IMG/VR virus record: IMGVR_UViG_3300029922_000001
Coordinates: 377,499 to 441,498 of that record
Length of the DNA: 64,000 bases
Direction: 5' to 3' (one strand)
Numbering within the stretch: the stretch's first letter is position 1; each line of letters opens with the position of its first letter. The notes beneath the pieces are model-generated. The model did no database searches and was not told the DNA's origin. It worked only from the letters and a program-made list of their open reading frames with translations. This document shows positions 63,764 through 64,000 of the stretch, piece after piece. The position numbers and the translations under genes were made by a program.

Positions 63764-63982
63764 ATGACTCTAAGGGACAAGACAACGCTTCTTCATCAAG
63801 CTCAAAGCCTTGAGAATGATGGTCGTGGCGTTTTTTGTGTACGTGAAATTGTCAATTACTTAGAGCGTGGGGATTTACGTAGTGCAAAAACAGTAGCAGA
63901 TACAGATAATGACAAAATTAGGAATTATCCCTTTTTGTCAAAAATCATTCAAGCCATTTTTGAGACTGAGAATCCCCAATAA
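63764..63982 (+). CDS. Hypothetical protein
   Basis: Bounded by promoter copies; ends in NPQ-stop. Confidence 0.7.
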   Translation: MTLRDKTTLLHQAQSLENDGRGVFCVREIVNYLERGDLRSAKTVADTDNDKIRNYPFLSKIIQAIFETENPQ

Positions 63983-64000
63983 AAAATCAAGAGGTATACT

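Larger units (their letters stand above)
581..64000 (+). promoter_or_regulatory. Dispersed repeated promoter-like element ATCCCCAA-N15-TATACT (usually ...GAGG/AAGG-TATACT), about 85 copies
   Basis: Seen directly. Approximate starts: 581,3831,4821,5381,6111,7201,9505,10641,12421,15170,15548,23030(minus strand),23128,24831,25191,26936,27161,27583,28242,29290,29515,29909,30897,31182,32196,34475,34774,35037,36067,36444,36607,37761,38866,39756,40026,40287,41075,41527,41964,42727,43248,44230,44805,45265,45569,46295,46651,46993,47287,48360,48874,50241,50839,51444,51657,52408,52742,53177,53531,54010,54533,54970,55196,55387,55659,56081,56461,56803,57079,57468,57896,58367,58704,59289,59647,59997,60467,60726,61160,61474,61961,62250,62648,63727,63971. 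The spacer is 15 nt in nearly all copies (16 at 34475, 14 at 55196). TATACT/TATAAT matches a sigma-70 -10 hexamer; promoter function is inferred from position. Confidence 0.9.

Noticed and set aside
23128-63971. Classical integron (attC sites plus IntI)
   Set aside because: No GTTRRRY/RYYYAAC palindromic attC structure and no tyrosine recombinase in the window; the integrase-repeat-like proteins lack catalytic domains.
40-63982. Alternative genetic code (stop reassignment)
   Set aside because: Known domains are intact and end at TAA, TAG or TGA under code 11; coding density is already high.
581-64000. Repeated promoter element as a CRISPR array
   Set aside because: Intervals are gene-sized and highly variable, the repeat has a variable core, and no cas genes are present.

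Overview
AT-rich bacteriophage DNA, most likely the early/accessory arm of a large lytic phage. It holds about 150 mostly short ORFs, nearly all on the + strand, and no capsid, terminase, portal or replicase genes. Recognisable genes: two RNA ligases (Rnl2- and Rnl1-like), two Nudix hydrolases, two GNATs, a sigma-70-family factor, an NrdG-like radical SAM activase, a DUF550-type nucleotide pyrophosphohydrolase, rIIB-rIIA, RuvB, a Pol-beta-type nucleotidyltransferase, an HNH nuclease, a metallophosphoesterase, a lone response-regulator receiver, a PRTase, ArdC and tRNA-Arg(UCU). The unusual content is non-coding. (1) About 85 copies (hand count) of ATCCCCAA-N15-TATACT sit about 6-7 nt before ATG codons, implying leaderless mRNAs. 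They often encode the last codons and stop of the upstream gene, and neighbouring copies are often identical, so the region reads as an array of promoter-bounded gene cassettes. (2) Ten copies of a second, exactly 40-bp bipartite element (TTTCCCYATTT-N15-ATCTATACACTAAT) occur on both strands at operon borders. (3) A cluster at 10.7-12.4 kb holds four tRNA-shaped RNAs with abnormal anticodon domains, one with tmRNA-like architecture but without the alanine identity elements, interrupted by an antisense endonuclease gene. All calls come from reading the sequence and the supplied translations; no searches or folding programs were run.
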